Shown here: positions 14,452 through 27,604 of the stretch, in pieces
Layout of the letters: the number at the start of each line of letters is the position of its first letter
Position numbering within the stretch: position 1 is the first letter of the stretch
Source: the human T2T-CHM13v2.0 reference genome, Homo sapiens
DNA: 64,000 bases
Assembly (NCBI RefSeq): GCF_009914755.1
Contig: NC_060933.1
Direction: 5' to 3' (one strand)
Notes under the pieces: model-generated
What the model saw: only the letters and a program-made list of their open reading frames with translations
Told to the model about the DNA's origin: nothing
The model's database searches: none
Program-made: the position numbers and the translations under genes

Positions 14452-14912
14452 TGTGTTAGGCTGAATAGCTCCCAAAGATATCTGCATAATAATCCCTGGA
14501 AACTGTTAATGTTACCTTACATGGCAAAAAAAGACTTTGCAAGTATAAAGTTAAGGGTCTTAGATGGGGAGATTATCCTAGATTACCTGGGTATACCTTA
14601 ATTGTAGTCTTAAGAGTTCTATAAGATGAAAGCAAAGGGAGATTTGAATACAGAAAAGAAGACAATGAAACAACAGAAGTAGATTTTGGAGTGATGTGGC
14701 CACAAGCTGAGGGATGCTAGCAGCCACCAGATGCTAAAAGAGGCAACAAACAATTTCTCTGTCAGGAGCCTCCAGAAGAAACTAGCCTTACCAACACCTT
14801 GATTGTAAGACTCATTTTGTATTTCTGACCTCCAGAACTGTATGATTTTTTTTTTTCTGTTTTTAAAGCAAGTTTATGGTCATTGTTTTACAGCAGCAAT
14901 AGGAAACTAATA
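14452..14912 (+). mobile_element. MLT1D-like MaLR solo LTR
   Basis: GTTACCTTACATGGCAAAA..GACTTTGCA, GGGAGATTATCCT; end ACAGCAGCAATAGGAAACTAATA. Confidence 0.85.
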
Positions 14913-16209
14913 GTGGACAGATACCTTTCAGTTATTAATTTCTAATTTGCATGGTTTTAGTCGAATTATATACTCTGTAAGATTTCAATCTTTTCAAATA
15001 TATTCAAATGTATTTTATGGGTAAAAATATGATTTATTTTGGTGAATATATAAGTCAGATAAGTCAGTATCAATGCATGAGACAGAATTCACACCAGTAA
15101 TTGGGTATCTCCTTTTAATATTTTTCTTTTTCTTTTTATAAAATGTTATTGTATATCTGGGTTTGGGTTTCTTTGCTCTTACTGTGCTTAGGTTTAGCTA
15201 AACTTCTTGGGTCTCTAAATAAATGTGTTTTTTAAAAATAATATTTGGAAAATTTTTACGCATTATATCTTCAAATAATTCTCTTTTTCTTATGGTTCCA
15301 GTTGCATGTATATTAGACCATTTGCTGTGCTTCCACAGGTCCCTGAGCCTTTAATCACTTTTCTTCAGTATTTTTCACTCTCTATTCTTCACTTTGAACA
15401 ATGTCTATTGATGTTTTAGAGTTCACTCATCTCTAATAGTGTCAACAGCACTATTTATTCCTGCAGGGATTTTTAAATTCTGTTATTTAACCCATCTGTA
15501 ATTTATTTTGCTTTCATAGCTAGAGAAAAAAACAATCTTTTAAATATTTTATTTTTCTAGATGGCTGGTTATCTTAAGGCAATTTATTGAATTAGACAAT
15601 AGTTTTCAAAAAGAGCTCCACAAAAATATAGATGACACTCCTTTTCTCTAGAGTCTACGCATTGCTTCCATGATTTCAGGTGTGCATTTCTGATCATGTC
15701 ATTTCCCCAAAATTAACATTATTGTAAACAAAACCCATTTGCATAATTTGGTCATTAAATGCTTTTTATCTGGGAGAGTAAATAGTAATTGCAGTCCCCA
15801 AGGTAAAGTCTTATATGGGTAACCGGCAAAAATGGTGTCCTTTGTTTCTTCTATAAACAGAGAAATTGCATATAGCTAAAAAGAGTAAGTTTCTTAAGAA
15901 ACTCAGGCTAATTTTTTATGCAGCTCAATTTTGGCAAAATGTAATATATCTTAATAAGTGTTCTTTTTATCAGCCATTTATCATAAATTTATTTAGAACA
16001 CTAAATTTTCTTGATATATGATTTTTAGGGTATAACTTATGTAACATGGTTATATATTCATCATTACTATTCATTCCCAATAAAAGGAATGAATAAATAA
16101 AGACTGAACTTTAATTCTTTCTTTTCTCTGCCAATGTGTTCTTGAACCAGAAGTTTCTACCTCCAAAATCAATTCTTAAATTCAGGCTTTTGTCTTTCTT
16201 CAACTTGTC

Positions 16210-16398
16210 ATGTGTGTGTGTGTTCATGTGTGTGTGTGTATGTGTGGGTGTATATGTGTGTGGGAGAGAAACAGAGAGAGAGAGACAGAAGGAAGGAAGG
16301 AAGGAAGAAAAGAGAGAGAAAGAACGAGAAAGAAAGAAAGGAAAGAAAGAAAGAAAGAAAGAAAAAGAGAGAAAGAGAGAGAAAGAGAGAGAATGAGA
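16210..16398. repeat. Compound microsatellite (TG)n + (GA/GAAA/GGAA)n
   Basis: Direct reading. Confidence 0.95.
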
Positions 16399-16989
16399 GT
16401 TTTTTAATGGGAGAAAAGTTGGTGGTCAGTCTTATATATTAAAAAGACTTGCAATAAACTAAAATCATGGTAGGTTTTAAAACACTACATAATAGTACTA
16501 CCTGTGGGGGTCAGTAATAATAGATTTTTTCTTGACCCAGGAACCCTTTTCTATTAACTATCCAAGGGAAATATATATATACCATAAAAAAATGGGAAAA
16601 AAATTGCTATAGTATTTTTAGCTTAATATTGGTAATCCCTAATGCAGAACTTTCTAAAAGTTGTGACTTATGTACAAAGACTAAGTGAAGGTTCATCTTC
16701 TCCCTACAACCAAATGTTAACCTTACCACAAAACAAGCAACAAGCAAAAGACATGACTGAGTTATGATGCACTCAATAGTTAAAAACATGAGGACTGAAG
16801 AGCAGTGTTGCAAGGATTTAGGCAAGGCAGTCCTTTGTAAATTTCACAGAGTGGAGATACAAAGCAAAAGTAAAAACAAAAAAATTTTTTTGGAATTGCT
16901 CCGAGATAAGACCTGTGTCCTCTTACAGAAATAATCTTGTGCAGTATACTAAGATTCTCTTTTACACCACTTTGAATCTCCTTTGCCCC

Positions 16990-17523
16990 ACTTCTTGTTC
17001 CAGCCACTGCTGCAGGGAACAGCTCCAAAGCTTGGATCAATTTTACCTAAGTGTAAATTGTCAGTACCTTTACCTCGGGCTCAAATCATGTAACTCTCGT
17101 GTGTACCCTAGGGCTCCTCACACTGTTTCTCACAGGGTTTATTTTTCATTGGCTTAGTAGAATATCTGCCTAAACTGCTCAGAACTCACATGAAAGTTTG
17201 TGAAATTTAATACTCATGTGGTTACCTTGACCAATGGAAGATGGAAACTGCCGCATAAATGCTTTCTCTTCTCTCCCCTGAGGGAGACATTTTGGGGGTA
17301 CACTTCAGAGATTTCCTCAGAAAGGCACACTGGATCAAGAACTAGTCACCCATGCTGTTGGACAACTTGATAATGCATCTCCAAATTTGCTTTTTTCTTT
17401 GTTCCCTGTTTCTCTCTTACCTGTACCTCATTCCTAATCTGTGGAAACACATTGTTACATAAAATATTTATATATTATTTTTCATCTCAAGCTCTGCTTT
17501 GAAAGGAAAATCCAGCCTAAGTA
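16990..17523 (+). mobile_element. LTR16-type ERVL LTR
   Basis: CCTTGACCAATGGAAGATGG and 3' end CTCAAGCTCTGCTTTGAAAGGAAAATCCAGCCTAAG. Confidence 0.6.
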
Positions 17524-18511
17524 AATAGAAGAAAAACTCAGTGGCGGTACCCTTTAATTTATCGCCACCACATACTCTAGGAAATACAGCACAAACCATG
17601 TTGTGGAATATGAGTCCATTAGATTAGCATCTTGCCTCTAAAAAAAAGAGCAAGAAGAACATGGGGAAAGAAGCAAATTATTCCTCTTCATCCATAATGA
17701 CTGTCAAAAACCCTAAAGTTTGGAGGAAGTAAAAATCCACTTCAAAAAAAGTCAAAGAAATGAATCATTAAGGTATGTAATATTAACTGTAAGTACTGCA
17801 AAAATGTTCAGGCCAAAGGGACACTGACAGGATTCTTCCTGGAGAAGGCTTTATGGCAAAGGGGTTGGGTGTGTCTTGAAAAATGGTTTACATGAACAGA
17901 GACTACAAGTTATTCTAGAATTGGAGTTTAGAATGAGCAAATGGAAGCATTTTATGCATAGTTGAAGAAATGTGCATGACAGGTGAATGGTGGGATTGAG
18001 TCAGAGAAGTAGGGTAGCAGTAAAGTTGATCTGTGCTTCATTCCTGTCCTTTTGTAAGCAATCTGCCCTTCCTCCCACATCCCTCCACCATCTATGAACA
18101 TGCATGTTTTCTGCCTAAATTTGATTCACTTATGTGCTTCTGGATACTTGGTTTTGACTACCCATGAAGACTTCGCTCTTTGGTTATTATCTGGCTTCTT
18201 TCTAGGATCCATACATTTTATGATTTTAGCATGTGTAAGGCTTTGGCACAGCTGCTTTAATTCTCCGCCACATACCAATTTTACTGCCTGAGCCAAGACT
18301 GTCCCTCCCTAAGAGAAGAAAAGAGAGAGTTAGAAATGTAAGGTGTAACCAGTTCATAAAGGGTCTCAGGCAAATTAGAGGAGGTTGGACATTATTCTTC
18401 AAGTATAGGTTCAATTTCTGGTTCCAGTTTAAACAACTCCTTTTATATAATAGCTTCCTAGAACTTAACAGATGCTTAAGGCAGGAATACAAATGAAGAG
18501 ATTCAAGAGCT

Positions 18512-18778
18512 GTCGGACACATTGGCTCATACCTGTAATCCCAACACTTTGGGAGGCCAATGCTGGAATATCACTTGAGGTCAGGAGTTTGAGACCAGCC
18601 TGGCCAACATGGCAAAACCCCATCTCTACTAATAAATAAATAAATAAAATAAAAAATTAACTGGACGTGGTGGCTTACACCTGTAATCCCAGCACCTCGG
18701 GAGGCCAAGGCAGGCAGATCACTTGAGGTCAGGAATCCAAGACCAGCCTGGCCAACATGGCAAAACCCCATCTCTACT

Positions 18779-18809
<31 letters not shown>

Positions 18810-18981
18810 CAAAAATTAGCTGGGGGTGATGGTGCATGCCTGTTTTCCTAGCTACGTGGGTGGCTAAGGCATGAAAATCACTTGAACCCAGGAAGTGGAA
18901 GTTGCAGTGAGCCATGACTGCACCTCTGCACTCCAGCCAGTGCAACAGAGTGAGATTCCATTAAAAAAAATATATAGAGAG
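18512..18981 (+). mobile_element. AluS trimer (left-left-right monomers)
   Basis: Two left monomers and one right monomer inside TSD AGAGATTCAAGA(G/C)CT at 18497-18511 and 18982-18996. Confidence 0.88.
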
Positions 18982-19230
18982 AGAGATTCAAGACCTATTT
19001 CTAGGGAGGAATTCACATAAATTAGTTAACAACTAGAGGTGGATAGTGAGTGTGTTAGGCAGTTTTTGTGTTTATATAAAGAAATACCTGAGACTGAGTA
19101 ATTTATAAATAAAAGAGGTTTAATTGGTTCACAGTTCTGCAGGCTGCACAAGTATGGCACCAACATCTTGGCTTCTGTTGAGACCTCAGGAAGCTTACAA
19201 TCATGGTGGAAGGCGCAGGGAAGCAGCATA

Positions 19231-21498
19231 TGTATTAGCCTGTTTTCATCCTGCTGATAAAGACATATCAGAGACTGGGTAATTTACCAAAGAAAGAGGT
19301 TTGTTGGACTCGTGGTTCCAGATAGCTGGGAAGGCCTTACAATCATGGCGGAAGGTAAAAGGCACATCTCACATGGCAGCAGACAAGAGAAGAACTTGTG
19401 CAGGGAAACTCCTCTTTTTAAAACTATCAGATCTCATGAGACTTATTCACTATCACAAGAGCAGCATGGGAAAGACCTGCTCCTATGATTCAATTACCTC
19501 CCAACAGGTCCCTCCCACAACACGTTGGAATTCAAAATGAGATTTGGGTGGGGACACAGCCAAAGCATATCATTCTGCCCCTAACCCCTTCCAAATCTCA
19601 TGTCCTCACATTTCAAAACCAATAATGCCTTCTCAACAGTCCTCCAAAGTCTTATCTTATTTCAGAATTAACTCAAAAAGTCCACAGTCCAAAATCCAAA
19701 GTCTCATCTGAGACAAGGTAAGTGCCTTCAGCCTATGAGCCTGTAAAATCAAAAGCAAGTTAGTTACTTCCTAGATAGAATGGGGGTACAGGCATTAGAT
19801 AAATACAGCCATTCCAAATGGGAGAAACTGGCCAAAACTAAGGGGCTACAGGCCCTATGCAAGTCCAAAATCCATCAGGGCAGTCAAATCTTAAAACTCC
19901 AAAATGATCCCCTTTGACTCCATGTCTCACATCCAGGTCAAGCTGATGCAAGAGGTGGGTTTCCACAGTCTTGGGCAGCTCCGTCCCTGTGGCTTTGCAG
20001 GTACAGCCTCCCTCCTGGCTGCTTTCACAGGCTGGCACTGAGTGTTTGTGGCTTTTCTAGGTGCATGGTGCAAGCTGTCAGGTAGAGCTACCATTCTAGG
20101 GTCTGAAGGATGGTGGCCCTCTTCCCACAGCTCCACTAGATGGTACCCTAGTAGGGACTCTGTGTGGGGGCTCCTACCCCACATTTTCCTTCTGCACTGC
20201 CCTACCAGATGTTCTCCATGAGGTACCCACCCATGCAGCGAACTTCTCCCTGGGCATCCAGGCATTTCCACACATCTTCTGAAATCTAGGCAGAGGTTCC
20301 CAAACCTCAATTCTTGACTTCTGTGCACCTGCAGGCTGGATACCACATGGAAGCTGCCAAGGCTTGAGGCTTGTACCCTCTGAAGCAACAGCCTGAGCTG
20401 TACCTTGGCTCCTTTTATTCATGGCTGGAGCATCTGGGATGCAGGGCACCAAGTCCCTAGGCTGTATACAGTGGAGGAACCCTGAGCCCAGCCCACAAAA
20501 CCATTTTTTCCTCCTAAATCTCTGGGCTTGTGATGGAAGGGGTTGCCATGAAGACCTCTTACATGCCCTGGAGACATTTTCCCCATTGTCCTGGGTATTA
20601 ACATTCAGCTCCTCATTATTTATGCAAATTTCTGCAGCTGGCTTAAATTTCTCCTCAGAAAATGGGAATTTTTTTTTTCTATCACATTGTCATGCTGCAA
20701 ATTTTCCAAACTTTTATGCTCTGGTTCCCTCATGAAATTGAGTGCCTTTAGCAGCACCCAAGTGACTGCTTGAATGTTTTGCTGCTTAGAAATTTCTTCC
20801 ACCAGATACCCTAAATCATTTCTCTCAAGTTCAAAGTTCCACAAATCTCTAGGGCAGGGGCAAAGAGCTGCCAGTCTCTTTGCTAAAACATAACAAGAGT
20901 CACCTATACTCCAATCCCCAACAAGTTCCTCCTCTCCATCTGAGACCACCTCAGCCTGGACCTTATTGTTCATATCACTATCAGCATTTTTGTCAAAGCA
21001 ATTCAACAAGTCTCTAGGAAGTTCCAAACGTTCCCACATTTTCCTGTCTTCTTCTGAGCCCTCCAAACTGTTCCAACCCTGCCTGTTACCCAGTTCCAAA
21101 GTTGCTTCCATATTTTCAGGTATATTTTCAGCAACGCCTCATTCTACTGGTGCCAGTTTACTGTATTAGTCCATTTTCACACTGCTGATAAAGACATATG
21201 CAAGACTGGGCAATTTACAAAGGAAAGTTTTATTGAACTTACAGTTTCCTGTGGCTGGGGAGGCCTCACAATCATGGCAGAAGATAAAAGGCACGTCTCA
21301 CGTGGTGACAGACAAAATAACTTGTACAGGGAAACTCCTTTTTTTAAAACTGTCAGATCTCATGAGACTTGTTCACTATCACAAGAACAGCACAGGAAAT
21401 ACCTGTCCCCATGATTCAATTACTTCCCACAAGGTCCCTCCCATAACATGTGGGAAATCAAGATGAGATTTGGGTGGGGACACATCCAAACCGTTTCA
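19231..21498 (-). mobile_element. Full-length THE1 (THE1A/B-like) provirus: LTR 19231-19572, internal 19573-21161, LTR 21162-21498
   Basis: Two ~340-bp TG...CA LTRs, ~1.59-kb internal region, exact 5-bp TSD GCATA at 19226-19230 and 21499-21503. Confidence 0.95.
20620..21111 (-). pseudogene. THE1 internal ORF remnant (163 aa)
   Basis: LELGN..GWNSLEGSEEDRKMWE.LELPRDLLN...QAEVVSDGEEELVG is typical of the MaLR internal ORF; frame lost downstream. Confidence 0.8.
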
Positions 21499-21924
21499 GC
21501 ATATCACAGAGAAAGAGGTGGAGTAAGGAGGGAGGTGCCATGCTCTTTTAAACAACCAGATCTCATGTGAACTTTGAGCAAGAACTCCTCATTATTACAA
21601 TAGGGACTCTGTGTGGGGGCTCAAAGCATTCATGAGTGATCCACCTCCATGACCCAAACCCCTCTCACCAGGCCCCACCTCCAACACTGAGGATTTCATT
21701 TCAACATGAGATTTGGAGGAGACAAACATCCAAACCATATCAGTAAGAGAAAAGAAAACATCATGATTCTTAGGTTTCTACTTTGGGCAATTGGATATCT
21801 TTTGAAAAGGAAAGTAGAAAATAAAATATTAAGCTTTATTCTCCAGCTTTTAGCACTTATCTGTCTGGTGACATTTTGTGATCTCTAAGCCTCACTCACT
21901 ATGGACCCTGAATATTTTATAATT

Positions 21925-22165
21925 ATAGCACAAGACGAAAGACTCAGATTCTGATGTCAGCCTGGGTAAAAATTCTGATTCTAACATTTTTAGTTGTTTG
22001 ACAAAGATGTTTAATTTCTTTGTGCTTCAGGTTTTTTTTAATTTTTATTTTTAACCTGTGAAGTAGTGATAATAATTACACCCAACTTACTAGGTTGTTG
22101 TGAGGAATAAAAGACTTCTTACATGGGAAATAAGTGAAGCAGTATCTAGCCCACAATAAGTACTC
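21925..22165 (+). mobile_element. MIR
   Basis: CCTGGGTAAAAATTCTGATTCT...CTGTGAAGTAGTGATAATAATT...TAGGTTGTTGTGAGGAATAAA. Confidence 0.7.
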
Positions 22166-23904
22166 AGACAGTGTCAACCATTGGCACCTAGATTTCTTTT
22201 TAAAGAAAGACAATTTATTTGCCAGGCCTAATCTTAAAAAACCCAACCCAGCCAGAATGGTGCCAGTCAGCTTGTTTGATAAGAGGATTAAAACAGATAG
22301 GCTGAAAATATAATTCATTATATTTTGATTTTGTTAAATTTAGTTAACAATTTTATTTTTGATATATAAATACCTACACATTTGGGAATTTTAAATGTCA
22401 CTTTCAAGCATTAATTCTTCACAACAGAATGTACTGATTATCAAGTAGGAAAAGATAACATAGCAGTAGGGATGCCCCTTTTCCAATCTTAGGGGACACA
22501 ACTCCAAAGGATCCCAAGGTGAGTCATGCTATGCATAGGCGGTGCAGCTAAACAAGGAGGTTAGTGGATGGATTCACAAAAAGAGGAGGACATAGCATCT
22601 TATTATACATGGCAGCTTCCATCCAAATAATGTCAGCGTAAACAGAGCTCCTTGTTTCTCATGCTTAGCATGAACTATATGAATAATAAGCTAAGTAGCT
22701 CCTATTTTCTTTGAAAACTGAATTCATCGGAATTAAAACTATTGTTATTTTAAGTTAAATAAAACCAATTTGAACATGTTTTTCCTGCATCAAAAGCTTG
22801 AATTATTCATTTTATGTTTAGATTCTCCATGATATTTTCTTAGGGTAACTTTTAGAATATGAATTTATAAATGAATATTGAGATATAAAACCATGAAATT
22901 GAAAATATTAACAAATCATTGCAAGCAAGAAGTATCAACTACTAATAATCACAAGAAAGCTAAAAAGAAATATGGGGTTATCGTTGTTTTTCATCTTCTT
23001 TTTAAATTGCCTCATAAACAATATGTAAATGTGCTAAAACTCCTTTAAAAATGTTTTATAATGAGAATATACTCCAATGCAGAGCATATAGCTAGAATTT
23101 ATCTCTTGAAAGTATGAATTTTGTATAGCTCAGGGACCATCCTGTCACAGTTTGCACCAATTTTGTTCCCTTAGACAGGCTTATTTCTGTCTGAATTTGC
23201 TGGAAGGTATGTCAGCACAGTGAAAAATAAATAATAAAAAAGAATTAGATGAAGACAAAAGCAGTTATTTCTAGTCCCCACTGCCTTCCCAGGAGAATGT
23301 ATCCCAATAATTGGAGGGTCCATTGTTTTGTGAAAGTATAATGGGTGAAATGATGCAAGATTTGAGAAGTCAGTGTGAGGCAATGTATAGGTCATTTATG
23401 CACATTATAGGTGTACATAAAGAAGAAAGAGAGCTAGAATATGAAATCAGACCCAGTAGGAATTTAGAGACACAAGACTTTGGGCAGAGCAGAAATATCT
23501 CTTGGGGAGAATTTATAGTAATTAAATTAAATTATTTAATAAAGTAATTATTGCTGTATGATGTAAAATGTAAACTATCTTCTTCATTTCTCTCCGAAAG
23601 CTTCTGTAAAATATGCAACAATCACATATGCTCAGAGGACTAGATTTGCAAAAAAGCACTTGTCTCTCTGAAGATAAGTGTTAAAGAAAAGTCAAACAAA
23701 AACCGAGGCTGTCAGAAAGGACCATCACACAGAAAGATTACACCAACAAAACATAAACCAAAGGACTCTGAAATTATGGCAGGAAAATTAAACAGAGCTT
23801 CTTCCATTGTCATGTATCAGAAAACGTTAATATTTTCTAGAATGGCCTTTTCTTCCACATGAGATTTCATTAAAAAAAATACAAAAATACAAAACTGGAT
23901 ATTA

Positions 23905-24244
<340 letters not shown>

Positions 24245-24579
24245 TTAAGCAGAGAATATACTTGCATGAAATAGGATCCTTTAGTTGTAATTCAATAGAT
24301 GTTTGGAATTATCATTGAACACATAAGAAAGAGAAACCAATGTGTGAAGGAATACACAGCTGTGCATTTCAATGATTGGCTGTTTTCCTATGTTCTGTTG
24401 GCACCTGAAAGACAGGGGTATGCAGGAGCTCTAGGAAGAGTGCTAAGATGGCAATTTCTTCTTCGGTCACAAACCAAAGTAGTTTATTTATTTATTTGTT
24501 TGTTTGGCCTAGTTTCACTGGGTACAGAGAAAGGTCAACATGTTAAAGCAATGTATTCAAACATTTAAAAGATTTGAAA

Positions 24580-24870
24580 TAGCCTGGGCGCTGGGGAGTC
24601 ATTCTAATTGCTGCTTTAAATACCATTTGGGTAGGTCAAAAGGAGAGCCTGCAGACGGGCCACGTTGGAGAGATAACCTCCGCCCGGCAGGCTGCAGGGC
24701 TACAAATCCCAGGGAGGCTTCAGTGCTGAGGTCGGCTGCAATCTGCTGCCAGTCGGATCCTGTGCAGCCCACAGGGGAACTTACCCGGAGAAGGACGAGC
24801 AGAACATGGCTGCCTAACAGATGGCACTGAAACATGCCGCCTCTGGTGAGAGAAAAAGCTGCCAAAACCA
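24580..24870. promoter_or_regulatory. Candidate promoter/enhancer: CpG-retaining patch with ZNF143-, YY1- and bHLH/CTCF-like motifs
   Basis: GC/CpG enrichment against an AT-rich background; GCTACAAATCCCAGGGAGGC 24699-24718; AACATGGCTGCC 24803-24814; AACAGATGGC 24816-24825; donor-like sites on both strands. Confidence 0.45.
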
Positions 24871-25887
24871 GGTGTTTCACAGGTTTTCTGCGTTTTTTTC
24901 TTTTTCTTTTCTTTTTGATTTTATCTTATTTTCGTTTTGTCTTATTTTCGTAATTTCTCCGTGTGGGTCTATTCCAAAAGTTTCCATAGGAGCACAGCTG
25001 TCTAGGAGTTATCTAAGGAAACAAGATTTTTTTTTGCATAGAGATTTTGGAAGCAGCTTTTGGGGACCACCCATACATAACACATACTGAGAGTCCTTTA
25101 ATCAGGTCATTTCCAAGCACAACATGAGCATAAGTGGAAGTTTCAACTGTTCTTATCAGTTCTTGTGGGAAAAGTGGCTAAACTAAACAGATTGCTTCAT
25201 TGGTGAAAACTGTGTCAGCAGCCTCAGAATACTCAGATTATTCCTATTAATAATCTTGCATGTATGTTCAGCAAGCCTTCTTTGCTCTGTTAAACGAAGT
25301 TGGGAGTGGAGGAGATCTTCTAACGGAAAGGACACAGAAATGCGTGCTTATGTTCGTGGTGCAACAGTAAAAGATGATAGGGAAGCAAAAGGCAATTAAT
25401 GAAGACTGCTTTGTGCAGGGACAGTTGGGAGCACAGGATGATTCTACATCTATTATAAGTCAACCCTGCCTTGACTCATGGGAAAAGAAAGTATGGGTCT
25501 CATGATTCAAAACTCAGGACATCTATGGAGAGTCACATTTCATTTGTAGGAGGAGGTCACTCTTCTTCAACATTTTACACTCCTTCATCTTAGAGAAAGC
25601 TAACCTTCCAGCCTCCCATCCATTCCTTGCTTCTGACTGGGTGATTTGATTCAGAGACTTTTATGCTCAGTCACCTCTCTCCTTAAGTAGATATGAGCAT
25701 GAAAGCCCTAAAATGCAGACCAGGAACTAAATGAGGCAAGTAGGAAAGTTTCTTAGGATTTGAACTGTTTACTAGCAAGTCCTGCATTTGGAGAATTTTG
25801 AGACATTGATATATAAAATAATGAAGAGTTCATTTACTCATATGTCAACTACTTATTAGGTTCTCAATGCTATGTTATGTCAGAATA

Positions 25888-26292
25888 CAAATGATCCTCA
25901 ACTTGCCATCAGGTTTTCCAATAAACTTTTCCTAAATGGAGACTATGGTGAGTAAAACATGCATTTTACACACTCAGCTTGCCAAACATTATAGCACATC
26001 ATAGTTTAGCACAGCCTACAGTAAATAGCCTCAGAACATTTCCAGTAGCCTACATTTGGGCAAAACCACCTGACAACACAGTACATTGTAGAGTATCAGT
26101 TGTCTACTCTCTTGATTGCGTGGATGACTGGGAGCTATGGCTAACTGCACAGCTCCGCATTGACAGAGAGTATCTTGCTGCATGTTACAAGCCCAGGAAA
26201 AAATCAAAATTCAAAATTTCAAGGATGGTTTCAAATGAATGCAGGTTGATTTTGCACCATTGTAAGGAAAAAAATTGTTGTCAAACGATCTA
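25888..26292 (+). mobile_element. MER47B/Tigger5-derived DNA transposon
   Basis: TA-CAAATGATCCTCAACTT start; TAGCCTACATTTGGGCAAAA; GTAGAGTATCAGTTGT; CCCAGGAAAAAATCAAAATTCAAAATT. Confidence 0.8.
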
Positions 26293-26734
26293 TGATTTCT
26301 TGGTCATTCACCCACTACAGGAATGTTGTGGATAGCTGCATGTGATTGGCAAGGTGAAGTTTTAGCATTCCAGGATCTCAGCATCCCAGAAAATACATCT
26401 TTATTGAGAATAACATGACTTAAACTATGAATATCTGGCAATTAATAAGCATATGGTCATTGTTACTTTTCATTCCCTTCATTTTGAGAGGCAGTATGCT
26501 GTTGTACAGTGAGTTTTAACATATCCAGGTAGACAGCAATCTGAGTTCTGTGGAGGTGCCTCAGGCTGATGCAGAGGAAAGTAAGGGAGTGAGCAAGTAC
26601 AACTCTATGCCACTGTCTTCCACATATCCCTGAGCTCTGACTCTCTTTTATTTTATGGTTTAGTATGAGATTGCACAGGGGAATAAAAGGCTGGAAGGAG
26701 GTAGGGAGAGGGAGGAGCGTTTAAGGCCATTAGA

Positions 26735-26940
26735 AGAGGAGAAAAAACATTGGCTTCAAATAAGAAATCTAAATTTTTGTTCTGACTTTGCTACTTTCTC
26801 ATTTTGTGAAATGGGCACATTATTTAACTTTTTGTGCGTCCGTGTCCTCAATCTTGAAACAAGAATGGTCATACCTACCCTTTGGTTAAAGAGAAGCTTT
26901 AATAAAATAACGTATGTAAAGGGCTTAGAAAATCACCTCG
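26735..26940 (+). mobile_element. MIR
   Basis: TTCTGACTTTGCTACT...GGGCACATTATTTAACTT...GTCCTCAATCTTGAAAC...ACGTATGTAAAGGGCTTAG. Confidence 0.65.
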
Positions 26941-27604
26941 CAATCAATTGTCTTTTCTTATTTATAAATATATTTTAGAGCATTTATCCATAAATTTATT
27001 TTAGAGCCCTTTTCCAGTTACTGTGCTGAGGATTTCAGAATTTAATAAAATAGAATTTTCAGATAGAGTCCTATGATCCACTAGTGAGTTGAAAGGGGTA
27101 GACAAATAAAGGGAAAATTAGAGGCCCAAGGTAGGAGTTGAAGTTAGATTTTAAATGCTAATATACTCCCACAGAAGTTAGGTGAGCCATATGAGGCACT
27201 AAGTCTTATAGACAGCAAATATCACAAATATGCCTTTGTCCTCCAAAGAAAAATACAAAACAGAGTTTTGAAATATTCTGCTTTGTCTTAGCTGTAGAAG
27301 AATTGTTATGTTGATAACTAATGATTTGCCTATCTCCTCCTTTTCCAAAAAGGACTTGTAGAAGCTCATTTCCATGCTAAAATTAGAGGAGGCTTGGGAA
27401 AGAGTGGAGAAAATTTGATACACTTTTTAAATCAAGGAGCTCCTACAGAACCCATGAACATTTAGATAGTGCTGTCATCTTGCCCAGTGGATCAATAGCA
27501 AGATAGGAGTTGGGCTACAGAGTTAAAATATGGGCAGCTCTAAGAAGGAAGGGAAAATTGTCATAGTTATTACATGAAGATACATGATACACAGGCGCAC
27601 ACAT

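Larger units (their letters stand above)
19051..21742 (-). mobile_element. MSTA-like MaLR LTR split by THE1 (halves 19051-19230 and 21504-21742)
   Basis: TATAAAGAAATACCTGAGACTG...GGAAGCTTACAATCATGG; end GACAAACATCCAAACCATATCA; flanks GTGAG/GTAAG. Confidence 0.88.

Noticed and set aside
16136-16442. Charged, low-complexity ORFs
   Set aside because: Translations of the (TG)n/(GA)n compound microsatellite
22515-22530. AAG|GTGAGT splice donor overlapping AP-1 site TGAGTCA
   Set aside because: Isolated short motif with no supported acceptor or exon; expected by chance in 64 kb
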